Source: an uncultured Pseudomonadota bacterium (GTDB taxonomy: Bacteria > Oederibacteriota > Muellerivitia > Muellerivitales > Muellerivitaceae). Taken from it: a stretch of 64,000 nt of DNA. The notes below the pieces were generated by a model. It was not told where the DNA came from. It saw only the letters and a program-made list of their open reading frames with translations, and made no database searches. Positions 39,137 through 47,028 of the stretch are shown here, in pieces (position 1 is the first letter of the stretch; each line of letters opens with the position of its first letter). The stretch spans positions 864,001 to 928,000 of the forward strand of contig CAWIIP010000004.1 in the NCBI GenBank assembly GCA_963836235.1, given 5' to 3'. A program made the translations under genes and the position numbers.

Positions 39137-40688
39137 AATTTTGGCGCTGACCCTTTTCCTTTTTTTTCTGGTTGCTTCTGGATATGGAGCTTTTGACAAA
39201 GGGGGGATTACGGGTGAAGGAGCTAGGCCTATTGGAATGGGAGGGGCTTTTACATCGATTGCTGATTCGGGCGATGCCGTATTTTACAATCCGGCTGGAT
39301 TGGTTCAAGTCTTAAGGCCTGAAATTTCTGGGATGGGTGCGGTTCTTCTTAATGGCAAGGAAGATTTATTTGATTTTTCCTATGTTCAGCCTTTTGGCGA
39401 TCAATTGGCTTGGGCTTTAGCTACTCAACAATTATTATTTTCTGACGGTTCCGAAAATGAAAGGATTTATTACGGAACCTTTGCTGCCCCATTATCTGTT
39501 GATAAATCGATATCTTTTGGGATAAACATTAAACTTTTTGGAGTTGATTCAGCAACCCAGCCGGGCCAACAAGCTAGCGGTACGGGGTTAGATATGGGAT
39601 TTCTTTATCATCTACCAATATTGGACCCCCGTTATGGTAAGCAAATCAACCTAGGATTGTGTGCTCAAGATCTGGACACGAAAATTCGATATCAGGCTGG
39701 AAATGAGGACCCTATTGCATTTAGTGTTAAGGGTGGAACCAGCTATGAATTTAATGACGATTTAGTTGCAGCATGTGAATTTGAAAGTATTGCTGACCCC
39801 AATTTGGGTGATCATACGATTCTTCATACCGGGCTTGAAGGTTGGTTCTTCGAGGATCAATTAGGTCTTCGTACGGGTTATAGCGGTTTTATGACCTTGC
39901 CCGGTGCATTTACGGCTGGGATTAGTTATCGCTCCAAGACTTGGGGAATCGAGTATGCTTATATTGGACATCCTGAGTATCTCGGCGATTCCCATCGAAT
40001 TTCAGCCAGTTGGAGGTTTGGCGATTCCTTTCTTGGAAAAGTTAAAAGTTTTATACCGGAAGGGGTTAACGCTTACGTTGAAGGAGACATTATTACGCTT
40101 CGGTGGAATAACTCGCCATCCCTATCTTTGTCCGGTTACAACGTTTATTTCAGCAAAACATCGGGCGGGGGGTATTTAAAAATTAACCAGAGAGCCATTA
40201 AAGCTAACTACTATTCCTTGAGAGGGTTAGAAAAAAATACCCATTATTATTTTGTGGTAAGTTCTGTTACGAATACAATTCCGCCCGTTGAAAGCCAATA
40301 TTCGCAGGAGGTCGTGGCTGGGACAACTTCCGCGCCGGGTGCACCAGTTGTCGTACAAAGTGAGGTTCAAAACGAAGGCGTGATTGATATTGCTAAACAA
40401 GAAGGAATGGCTGGATGGGGTGATCCTGTTAAAAGTGGTTTGAAGGGATACAATATTTATGTTTCCGAAGTTTCTGGCGGAAGATTTGATAAAGTTAATG
40501 CCCAGCCGGTTGCAAATGTTCCGACGTATATTGTTCGAAAATTAAAAGTAGGCCAGAGATATTATTTCAGCTTTACTTCGGTTTCCAATGATGGAACAGA
40601 GAGCGCACACTCTCGAGAAGTTTCTGCCGTCGCTCTTCCGTACAGTTCTGTAACTCAAACATCAATTCCGAATCAAACTAACCGTTAG
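39126..40688 (+). CDS. PorV/FadL-like outer-membrane barrel fused to two fibronectin-III domains
   Basis: GARPIGMGGAFTSIADSGDAVFYNPAGL; LGDSHRISASWRFG; FN3 motifs LRWN...GYNVY...GLEKNTHYYFVVSSV and GYNIY...LKVGQRYYFSFTSV. Confidence 0.8.
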   Translation: MLNRILALTLFLFFLVASGYGAFDKGGITGEGARPIGMGGAFTSIADSGDAVFYNPAGLVQVLRPEISGMGAVLLNGKEDLFDFSYVQPFGDQLAWALATQQLLFSDGSENERIYYGTFAAPLSVDKSISFGINIKLFGVDSATQPGQQASGTGLDMGFLYHLPILDPRYGKQINLGLCAQDLDTKIRYQAGNEDPIAFSVKGGTSYEFNDDLVAACEFESIADPNLGDHTILHTGLEGWFFEDQLGLRTGYSGFMTLPGAFTAGISYRSKTWGIEYAYIGHPEYLGDSHRISASWRFGDSFLGKVKSFIPEGVNAYVEGDIITLRWNNSPSLSLSGYNVYFSKTSGGGYLKINQRAIKANYYSLRGLEKNTHYYFVVSSVTNTIPPVESQYSQEVVAGTTSAPGAPVVVQSEVQNEGVIDIAKQEGMAGWGDPVKSGLKGYNIYVSEVSGGRFDKVNAQPVANVPTYIVRKLKVGQRYYFSFTSVSNDGTESAHSREVSAVALPYSSVTQTSIPNQTNR

Positions 40689-40702
40689 GTAAGGAGCGAA
40701 AA

Positions 40703-41488
40703 ATGCCTAGTGGACTTTATATCGCGGCTTCGGGTATGGATTCAGCCTTGATGAGGCAAAATGTTATTGCGAACAATTTAGCAAATGTTCAAACGGTTGG
40801 GTTTAAACAAAATCGAGAAGTCGATGTAGCTTTTCCGACTTATCTTATAGCTCGATTGCACGATCAGCGCATTAATGTACTGGATGGGACTGCTGAAATT
40901 AGGCCGAATATTGGTGTTATGGGTGGAGGAGTCATTCCTCAGGAAGTTGCAACGGACTATTCACAGGGTTCACACCTTGAAACCAAAAATCCTTTGGATT
41001 TTGCCTTGAATGGTCCTGGCTTTTTCTCGGTTTTAAATCCGGACGGGAAAACATTATTGACGAGGGATGGAAACTTTAGTTTGGACTCAAATGGTAGGCT
41101 TGTAACAAAAGATGGGTTGCCTGTTTTGGGTCATAATGGTGAGATTTACATCGATGGAAATGAGGTTACGGCGGACCAAGAGGGGAATATAACGGTTGAT
41201 GGTAAGGCCCTTGACCAGCTGTTGACGGTCAAGGTTCAAAACGTTGATCAACTTACAAAGGTCGGCCATTCTTTATTCAAGACAACTCCCAAAACTAAGG
41301 TAGACATGGCTCCTGATGGAATACAAGTTCAACAAGGTTTTTTGGAACAATCGAACGTGAATTCCATTACAGAGATGGTAAATATGATCGATACTTATCG
41401 GTCATATGAACTAAACTCCAGAATTATTTCGACTTTTGACCATCTTGGTGAAGAAGCTGCGACTGAAATTGGAACTTTGAGGGTTTAG
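40703..41488 (+). CDS. flgF: Flagellar basal-body rod protein FlgF
   Basis: IANNLANVQTVGFK, NPLDFAL.G.GFF, TRDGNF, LEQSNVN; precedes flgG. Confidence 0.9.
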   Translation: MPSGLYIAASGMDSALMRQNVIANNLANVQTVGFKQNREVDVAFPTYLIARLHDQRINVLDGTAEIRPNIGVMGGGVIPQEVATDYSQGSHLETKNPLDFALNGPGFFSVLNPDGKTLLTRDGNFSLDSNGRLVTKDGLPVLGHNGEIYIDGNEVTADQEGNITVDGKALDQLLTVKVQNVDQLTKVGHSLFKTTPKTKVDMAPDGIQVQQGFLEQSNVNSITEMVNMIDTYRSYELNSRIISTFDHLGEEAATEIGTLRV

Positions 41489-41525
41489 TTTAAAATAAGA
41501 TTTTGATCGTTGAATAAGTGAAGAA

Positions 41526-41584
41526 AACGGCCGGACTGCTATGCGGGGGCCGTTCCCGACGCCGAATGATTGAGGCGAAGGAAC
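41526..41584 (+). ncRNA. Candidate cis-regulatory two-hairpin RNA element, copy 1 (flgG leader)
   Basis: AACGGCC/GGCCGTT stem with inner CTGC/GCGG; second stem CGCC-GAATGATTGA-GGCG; aligns with the copy upstream of flgE. Confidence 0.6.
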
Positions 41585-41630
41585 AACCGAAAGCTGGATT
41601 TTTTCGGCTTTCAAACCTGAGGAGGCTTTT

Positions 41631-42428
41631 ATGATGCAGTCACTTTATACGGCGGCAACGGGCATGTCTGCCCAGCAGTTGAATCTTGACACAATTTCCA
41701 ATAACTTGGCAAACGTGAGCACCACGGGGTTTAAAGCCCAACGGGTGGATTTCCAAGACTTGGTGTATAAGAATTTGAAGCCAGCCGGGACGCCTACCTC
41801 CCCTGAGACAAACACTCCAGACGGACTTCAAATTGGTGAGGGTGTTATGCCAATTTCCACAGAGCGTATATTTACCGAGGGTGCAATTCAGAATACCAAT
41901 AATCCTTTGGACATATTAATTCAGGGAAACAATGGTTTTTTCCAAGTTACCCTTCCAAATGGGGAAACGGCTTATACTCGGGACGGTTCTTTTACCCAGG
42001 ATGGTAATGGAAATATTGTTACCGCTAATGGCTACTTTCTAAACCCCCCAATTCAACTTCCTGCAGAAACTAGCTCAATTCAAATTACTTCTACCGGGCA
42101 GGTCATGGTGCAAGCGGGAGGTTCAACGCAAGCTGTTCAAATCGGTCAATTGGAACTAACTAACTTTGTGAACCCCGGGGGACTTAGTGCGATTGGGAAT
42201 AATCTTTTTCTGCAAACGCCCGCTTCGGGAGATCCTATTCAAGGAACTCCAGGTTCAATAGGATTTTCCGCTGTTCAACAAGGTTCTTTGGAAACTTCTA
42301 ACGTGGATGTGGTGACCGAAATGGTAAACATGATTGTCGCTCAACGAGCGTATGAAATGAATTCTAAAGCGGTTTCAACGGCGGATACAATGTTGCTTGA
42401 TCTTGCCGGAATGAAACAATTTCCCTGA
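41631..42428 (+). CDS. flgG: Flagellar distal rod protein FlgG
   Basis: SLYTAATGMSAQQ, FQDLVY, GLQIGEGV, LETSNVDVVTEMVNMIVAQRAYEMNSK. Confidence 0.97.
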   Translation: MMQSLYTAATGMSAQQLNLDTISNNLANVSTTGFKAQRVDFQDLVYKNLKPAGTPTSPETNTPDGLQIGEGVMPISTERIFTEGAIQNTNNPLDILIQGNNGFFQVTLPNGETAYTRDGSFTQDGNGNIVTANGYFLNPPIQLPAETSSIQITSTGQVMVQAGGSTQAVQIGQLELTNFVNPGGLSAIGNNLFLQTPASGDPIQGTPGSIGFSAVQQGSLETSNVDVVTEMVNMIVAQRAYEMNSKAVSTADTMLLDLAGMKQFP

Positions 42429-42443
42429 TGATGAATTAGCGGC

Positions 42444-43421
42444 ATGAGACGATTTATATGGTTGACACTTTTGGCCTTCGTTACATTTCCGCTTTATGGG
42501 GAAGAAGGTCTTTTAACCATTCACGTTTCGGAAAATGCGGCGGTTGTCGGGCCGGGGGTGTCGCTGGGAGAAGTTGCGAAGATTACTGGAAAAAATGAAG
42601 CGATGATTGAACGGGTTCGACGCTTGATTGTGAGTAAGGCGGCTCCTGCGGGGGAACGAATTAAGCTCAGTCAGGGTTACATTAGGGTTGTTTTGCGCCG
42701 TGAGGGTTTTTCTCTTGATGACTTTACTTTTTCGGGTTCGAATTCTACGGAGGTGTTAACTCAAAGCCAAGATTTTTTTCCGGAAGACCTACTTCCCCAA
42801 GCGAAGCTATTTATTTTGAAAGAAATTAACGAAATCCCTGAAAATGTTGAAGTTCAGCTGGATGGAGTTAATAAAAAAATGCTTTTGCCGGCCGGGAAAA
42901 TTACGGCGAACTTTCGACCATCATTCTCCGGAAAGTATGAGGGAGAAGTTTTATTAACGACAGAATTGGACGTTGATGACCACTTGATAAAAGTATTACC
43001 TCTGCGTTTGACGGTGGAACTCAATCGTCCGGCGGTGGTAACGACGAAAAGGATTGAAAAAGGGGAAAAATTCAACTCTGAAAATATTGCTTTGGTTCGT
43101 GAACCAAGTTCTAAGATAATGCAGGGGTGTTTTCAACAATTGAGTTATGTTTTGGGGCGAACGGCTTTAATGCCGTTGATTCCAGATACGGTCATCCGGG
43201 TTGATGAGATTTTTGATCCACCCGTTGTCCTTCGAGGCAAAATTATTCAAGCCATAGTTCGACTTGGGAATGTAGAACTTAGCGTGGATGCAAGGGCAAT
43301 TGAAGATGGTAAAGCTGGGGACATAATTCGAATTGAAAATTTGGATTCTCATAAGGTCCTTCGCGCTAAAGTTTTAGATGAAAAAACGGGTTTGATTCAA
43401 AACAACGAACCGAAGTATTAG
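42444..43421 (+). CDS. flgA: Flagellar P-ring chaperone FlgA
   Basis: Signal peptide; SAF-like C-terminus ARAIEDGKAGDIIRIENLDSHK. Confidence 0.92.
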   Translation: MRRFIWLTLLAFVTFPLYGEEGLLTIHVSENAAVVGPGVSLGEVAKITGKNEAMIERVRRLIVSKAAPAGERIKLSQGYIRVVLRREGFSLDDFTFSGSNSTEVLTQSQDFFPEDLLPQAKLFILKEINEIPENVEVQLDGVNKKMLLPAGKITANFRPSFSGKYEGEVLLTTELDVDDHLIKVLPLRLTVELNRPAVVTTKRIEKGEKFNSENIALVREPSSKIMQGCFQQLSYVLGRTALMPLIPDTVIRVDEIFDPPVVLRGKIIQAIVRLGNVELSVDARAIEDGKAGDIIRIENLDSHKVLRAKVLDEKTGLIQNNEPKY

Positions 43422-43435
43422 CGGGGGTTAAATAA

Positions 43436-44050
43436 ATGAAAATTTGTTTTTTGATTTTTATCGGATTTCTTGTTTTAGCGGTAGATCAAGGTTTGCTCGC
43501 CGATTCGCTTTATCCGGTTGAGGGTACGAATTCCATTTATACCGAGAAGAGAGCTCGCCGGGTTGGTGATGTGATTACTGTGATGATTGAAGAAAATACA
43601 CAAGCTTCACAAGCAGCCGGCAGCCAATACAACAAAAATGCCAGTGTGGCATTGGGGGCGGGATCCGGTTTTTTGGGTGCGGGCTCGTATGCTGGGGGTG
43701 TACTTAATTCCCCCGCCCAGATAGGTGTTGGTGCCAGTTCCGCAGCTCAAGGACAAGGAACCTCAAGTCGGAGTACGACGGTTACGGGGGAAATGACGGC
43801 TAAAATTCTTTCAGTGCTCCCAAATGGGAATTACCTTATCGACGGAAGCCGTTATGTTGAAGTTAACGATGAAAAGCAAACAATCGAAGTCACTGGTGAA
43901 ATAAGGTCGGATGATATTTCAAAAGAAAACACAGTTTCTTCCCAACGAATAGCGAATGCAAAAATAAAATTTACCGGTACTGGCCCAGCGTCTGAGGTTG
44001 CAAAGCCCGGAATATTGACTCGTGTTTTAAGTTGGCTGGGGCTCTTTTAG
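43436..44050 (+). CDS. flgH: Flagellar L-ring protein FlgH
   Basis: RARRVGDVITVMIEE, VLPNGN..I.G, IRSDDI..NTVSS.RIANA. Confidence 0.93.
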   Translation: MKICFLIFIGFLVLAVDQGLLADSLYPVEGTNSIYTEKRARRVGDVITVMIEENTQASQAAGSQYNKNASVALGAGSGFLGAGSYAGGVLNSPAQIGVGASSAAQGQGTSSRSTTVTGEMTAKILSVLPNGNYLIDGSRYVEVNDEKQTIEVTGEIRSDDISKENTVSSQRIANAKIKFTGTGPASEVAKPGILTRVLSWLGLF

Positions 44051-44067
44051 ATAGTCTGGAGGAAATT

Positions 44068-45177
44068 ATGGCGGCGAAGAAATTTAAAATTTTAATTATC
44101 GTTTTTCTTCTTGGAATCGGAACCGCACAGTCGGCTCAAGTTCGATTAAAAACCATTGCGACGGTGAAGGGAGTTCGTGAAAATCAGTTAATAGGTTATG
44201 GTTTGGTGGTGGGTCTTCAAAGAACAGGTGATACACAGCGGGTTGTTTCTACTTTACAAAGCATCACCAACATGTTGATGAACTTTGGAATAAAAATTAG
44301 TTCTGACCAGATTAGGACTCAAAATGTTGGTGCGGTTATGGTAACGGCCCAATTGGCACCGCTTTTAAAATCAGGAGATAAAATTGATGTTACGGTTTCT
44401 TCCATAGGTGATGCCAGAAGTCTTCAGGGAGGAACGTTGTTAATGACCCCACTTCAAGGTCCCGACGGACAGGTCTATGCCGTAGCTCAAGGACCGCTTG
44501 CCGTCGGTGGTTTTTCCGATAATACGGGAGAGTTTCCGTTGATCCAGGTGAACCATACAACCGTTGGTCGGGTTCCCAATGGAGCCGCTGTGGAAAGAGA
44601 AGTCCCTTCTACATTCGTTGATAACGATACTATCTCAATACTTTTAGATCGTCCGGATTTTGGTCAAGCATCTCTGGTCACACAAGCGCTCAACCAGCAA
44701 TTTGGTGAACAGGTCGCGAAGGCGGTGGATGGAGGACAGGTGGATGTGAAAGTTCCCTTTAATTATCGTGATAATGTTGTTGACTTTATAGCCGCTGTCG
44801 AAGATGCGCCTGTTGCTACGGACTCTCCTGCCAATAGGGTTGTTGTCAATGAAAAAACTGGAACTGTAGTTCTTGGGCAGGATGTAAGAATTGACGCCGT
44901 GGCCATCGCCCATGGGAATCTCCGGCTAGTGATTAAAAAAACGACTGAAATTACCCATGATGCGGTTTTTGGCCACGATGAGCTTACCCATACAACGACT
45001 GTCAGTTCGGATGATACTGATAAAAAAGGTAATTTAGTGGTCTTGCCAGAAGGAGCAACTTTGATGGATGTGGTTGAAGCGGTCAACGCGGTAGGCGCCA
45101 CTCCGCGGGACTTGATTTCAATTCTTCAAGCAGTCAAAGAAGAGGGCGCATTACACGCCGAATTGGATATTCTTTAA
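44068..45177 (+). CDS. flgI: Flagellar P-ring protein FlgI
   Basis: GVRENQLIGYGLVVGL, SLQGGTLLMTPL, VVNEKTGTVV, GALHAEL; GGAGG RBS before ATG 44068. Confidence 0.97.
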   Translation: MAAKKFKILIIVFLLGIGTAQSAQVRLKTIATVKGVRENQLIGYGLVVGLQRTGDTQRVVSTLQSITNMLMNFGIKISSDQIRTQNVGAVMVTAQLAPLLKSGDKIDVTVSSIGDARSLQGGTLLMTPLQGPDGQVYAVAQGPLAVGGFSDNTGEFPLIQVNHTTVGRVPNGAAVEREVPSTFVDNDTISILLDRPDFGQASLVTQALNQQFGEQVAKAVDGGQVDVKVPFNYRDNVVDFIAAVEDAPVATDSPANRVVVNEKTGTVVLGQDVRIDAVAIAHGNLRLVIKKTTEITHDAVFGHDELTHTTTVSSDDTDKKGNLVVLPEGATLMDVVEAVNAVGATPRDLISILQAVKEEGALHAELDIL

Positions 45178-45195
45178 GATTAAGGGGCTCGAACA

Positions 45196-45666
45196 GTGAA
45201 TCTTCCAACCCAAGCCATTTCTTTTTTGCCATTTGGACTTTCTGATCCCTCAAAGACGCTTCCGATGGAGGCGATGCAAAAAGTCTTTTCCCTTCAACCG
45301 GATTTGGCTTCGAAAGCGGCCGATCAGGTAATATTGGGGCAATCGGGTTTGTCGCATTTAACGAAAAACAGTTCAGCAGCGTCATTAAATCCATTGCACG
45401 GAGCACCAACCCACACGGATGACGAGATTCGGCAAGTATCTAAAAATTTCGAATCTATTTTTTTACAAATGGTTTTTAAAGAAATGAGAAAGTCGGTCCA
45501 AAAATCGAATTTATTAGGGAATTCACAGGGAATGGAAATTTTCGAGAGTATGTACGATGAAGATTTAACCCAACAGCTTGCTTCCTCTAGAGGGGTTGGG
45601 TTGGGACAAATGATTTATCAAAGACTGAAGGCTGTTACTGTACCCCATCAAAAAACATTTTCATGA
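45196..45666 (+). CDS. flgJ: FlgJ-like rod-binding protein (no muramidase domain)
   Basis: FESIFLQMVFKEMRKSV...MYDE...GLGQMIYQRL. Confidence 0.85.
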   Translation: MNLPTQAISFLPFGLSDPSKTLPMEAMQKVFSLQPDLASKAADQVILGQSGLSHLTKNSSAASLNPLHGAPTHTDDEIRQVSKNFESIFLQMVFKEMRKSVQKSNLLGNSQGMEIFESMYDEDLTQQLASSRGVGLGQMIYQRLKAVTVPHQKTFS

Positions 45667-46094
45667 GTTTGGCGAATTGTTCGCGTTGTGGAAAGGTTTT
45701 TTCGTTTCTCCCAGGCAGTAGGGATGTTTGTCAGTCCTGTATCAAAGAAGAAGATGATAACTACTTAAAAATTTTTCACTTCCTTTCGACCCGCCCCAGC
45801 GCAACTGCTTCCGAAATTTCCCAAGCTACTGAAGTCGATATCAAAGAAATTTATCGCTATGTTCGCGAGAACCGCCTGCGATTAGTCAAAATCGATACTG
45901 GTTTATGTTGTGAAAGCTGTGGCATCCCTATTTCCCAAGGAAAAATTTGTGACGAATGTCGTCAAAAGCTTTCGAACGAAATGAAAGGAGAAATTGACAA
46001 AATTAAACAATATAAATCAAAACAAACTCTCTCAAACAAGTCACCTAGGGATCCAAAATACTTGAAGGATAGGCGTCGAAAGGATAAAGGCTGA
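45663..46094 (+). CDS. YvyF-like flagellar operon zinc-ribbon protein
   Basis: LANCSRCGKVF..CQSC and CESCG..ICDEC; upstream of flgM. Confidence 0.8.
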   Translation: MSLANCSRCGKVFSFLPGSRDVCQSCIKEEDDNYLKIFHFLSTRPSATASEISQATEVDIKEIYRYVRENRLRLVKIDTGLCCESCGIPISQGKICDECRQKLSNEMKGEIDKIKQYKSKQTLSNKSPRDPKYLKDRRRKDKG

Positions 46095-46178
46095 TAAAAT
46101 TGGGTTTTTTCTCGTTTTTGGCAAAAAAGGGCTTATACATAAGCTTTGGAGCTTTATTCCATTCCCATCAATTTGGCC

Positions 46179-46205
46179 TAAAGTTTTAACGGGTTAAACC
46201 GTTAG
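46179..46205 (+). promoter_or_regulatory. sigma28 promoter upstream of flgM
   Basis: TAAA 46179-46182 (TAAAGTTT), 15 nt spacer, ACCGTTAG 46198-46205. Confidence 0.7.
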
Positions 46206-46233
46206 GTTCTTTAGAAAAATAAAGGAGTTTGCC

Positions 46234-46524
46234 ATGCGTATCGATGGATTTCAGAATATTCCAGCTGTTCTTCAGTCTTTTAAGAATGACAAACAACTTA
46301 AATCAAATCTGGATAGTGAAACGAGCCCGTCTTCTTCTGTTTCTTTGAGTTCTTTCGCGGAAGTACTCCAGTCTTTGCAACGAGATTCGGCTCAAGCGGC
46401 CAAAACTAGAAGTGCGAGAGTGGATCAACTAGCCCAGCAAGAACAAACTGGAAAACTTTCTGTTGATTTACAGAAATTGGCATCTAGTTTGGTTAGTTCA
46501 CAAGTGATTGATACCAAAGGATGA
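46234..46524 (+). CDS. flgM: Anti-sigma28 factor FlgM
   Basis: MRID..., VSLSSFA, RSARVDQLAQQEQTGKLSVDLQKLA; gene position. Confidence 0.8.
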   Translation: MRIDGFQNIPAVLQSFKNDKQLKSNLDSETSPSSSVSLSSFAEVLQSLQRDSAQAAKTRSARVDQLAQQEQTGKLSVDLQKLASSLVSSQVIDTKG

Positions 46525-46527
46525 CAA

Positions 46528-47019
46528 ATGCTTGAGTTGATGCGTTCGTTAATCAGCTGTTTAAAAAAAGAGACAGAACATTATCGCAATCTTGCGATTT
46601 TAGCCGCCCAACAAAAAGATTTGTTAGTGGCCGGCAAGGCGGACTCTTGGAAAGAGAACTTTCGTCTCGAGGAAAAAGAAGTATTTGCTTTAAATCCCTT
46701 GGTTGGAGAACGAAATGAATTATTGTCCAAAATAGCTAAAGCCAACGGCTTGAAAACTATTGATTTGGAAGGTGTTCTGGAAAAATGTCCTATCGAAGCA
46801 GTTGAGGATTTTAAGACGGCCGTAATTGAGCTGATTCAAGCAGCGAAACACACGGAAGAAATAAACAAAGGAAATGGAAAGCTTTTGAAAAATGCGCTTT
46901 CCAACGTCAATTTTACTTTAAAGATTATAAAAAACGGCGGAAAGAAAAGATCCTTCTCTCCGGCTTTGAAATTGACATCGGAAGAAAACAGGCCGTCATT
47001 TGTTAATCGGGTGGTTTAA
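46528..47019 (+). CDS. flgN: Flagellar export chaperone FlgN
   Basis: Helical 163 aa, INKGNGKLLKNAL; between flgM and flgK. Confidence 0.8.
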   Translation: MLELMRSLISCLKKETEHYRNLAILAAQQKDLLVAGKADSWKENFRLEEKEVFALNPLVGERNELLSKIAKANGLKTIDLEGVLEKCPIEAVEDFKTAVIELIQAAKHTEEINKGNGKLLKNALSNVNFTLKIIKNGGKKRSFSPALKLTSEENRPSFVNRVV

Positions 47020-47028
47020 GGAGGAACT

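Noticed and set aside
45196-45666. FlgJ lacking a muramidase domain
   Set aside because: Single-domain FlgJ is common outside beta/gamma-proteobacteria.
46118-46135. TTGGCA... as a sigma54 promoter before flgM
   Set aside because: GG-to-GC spacing is one base short and TTGC is absent; the sigma28 site fits better.
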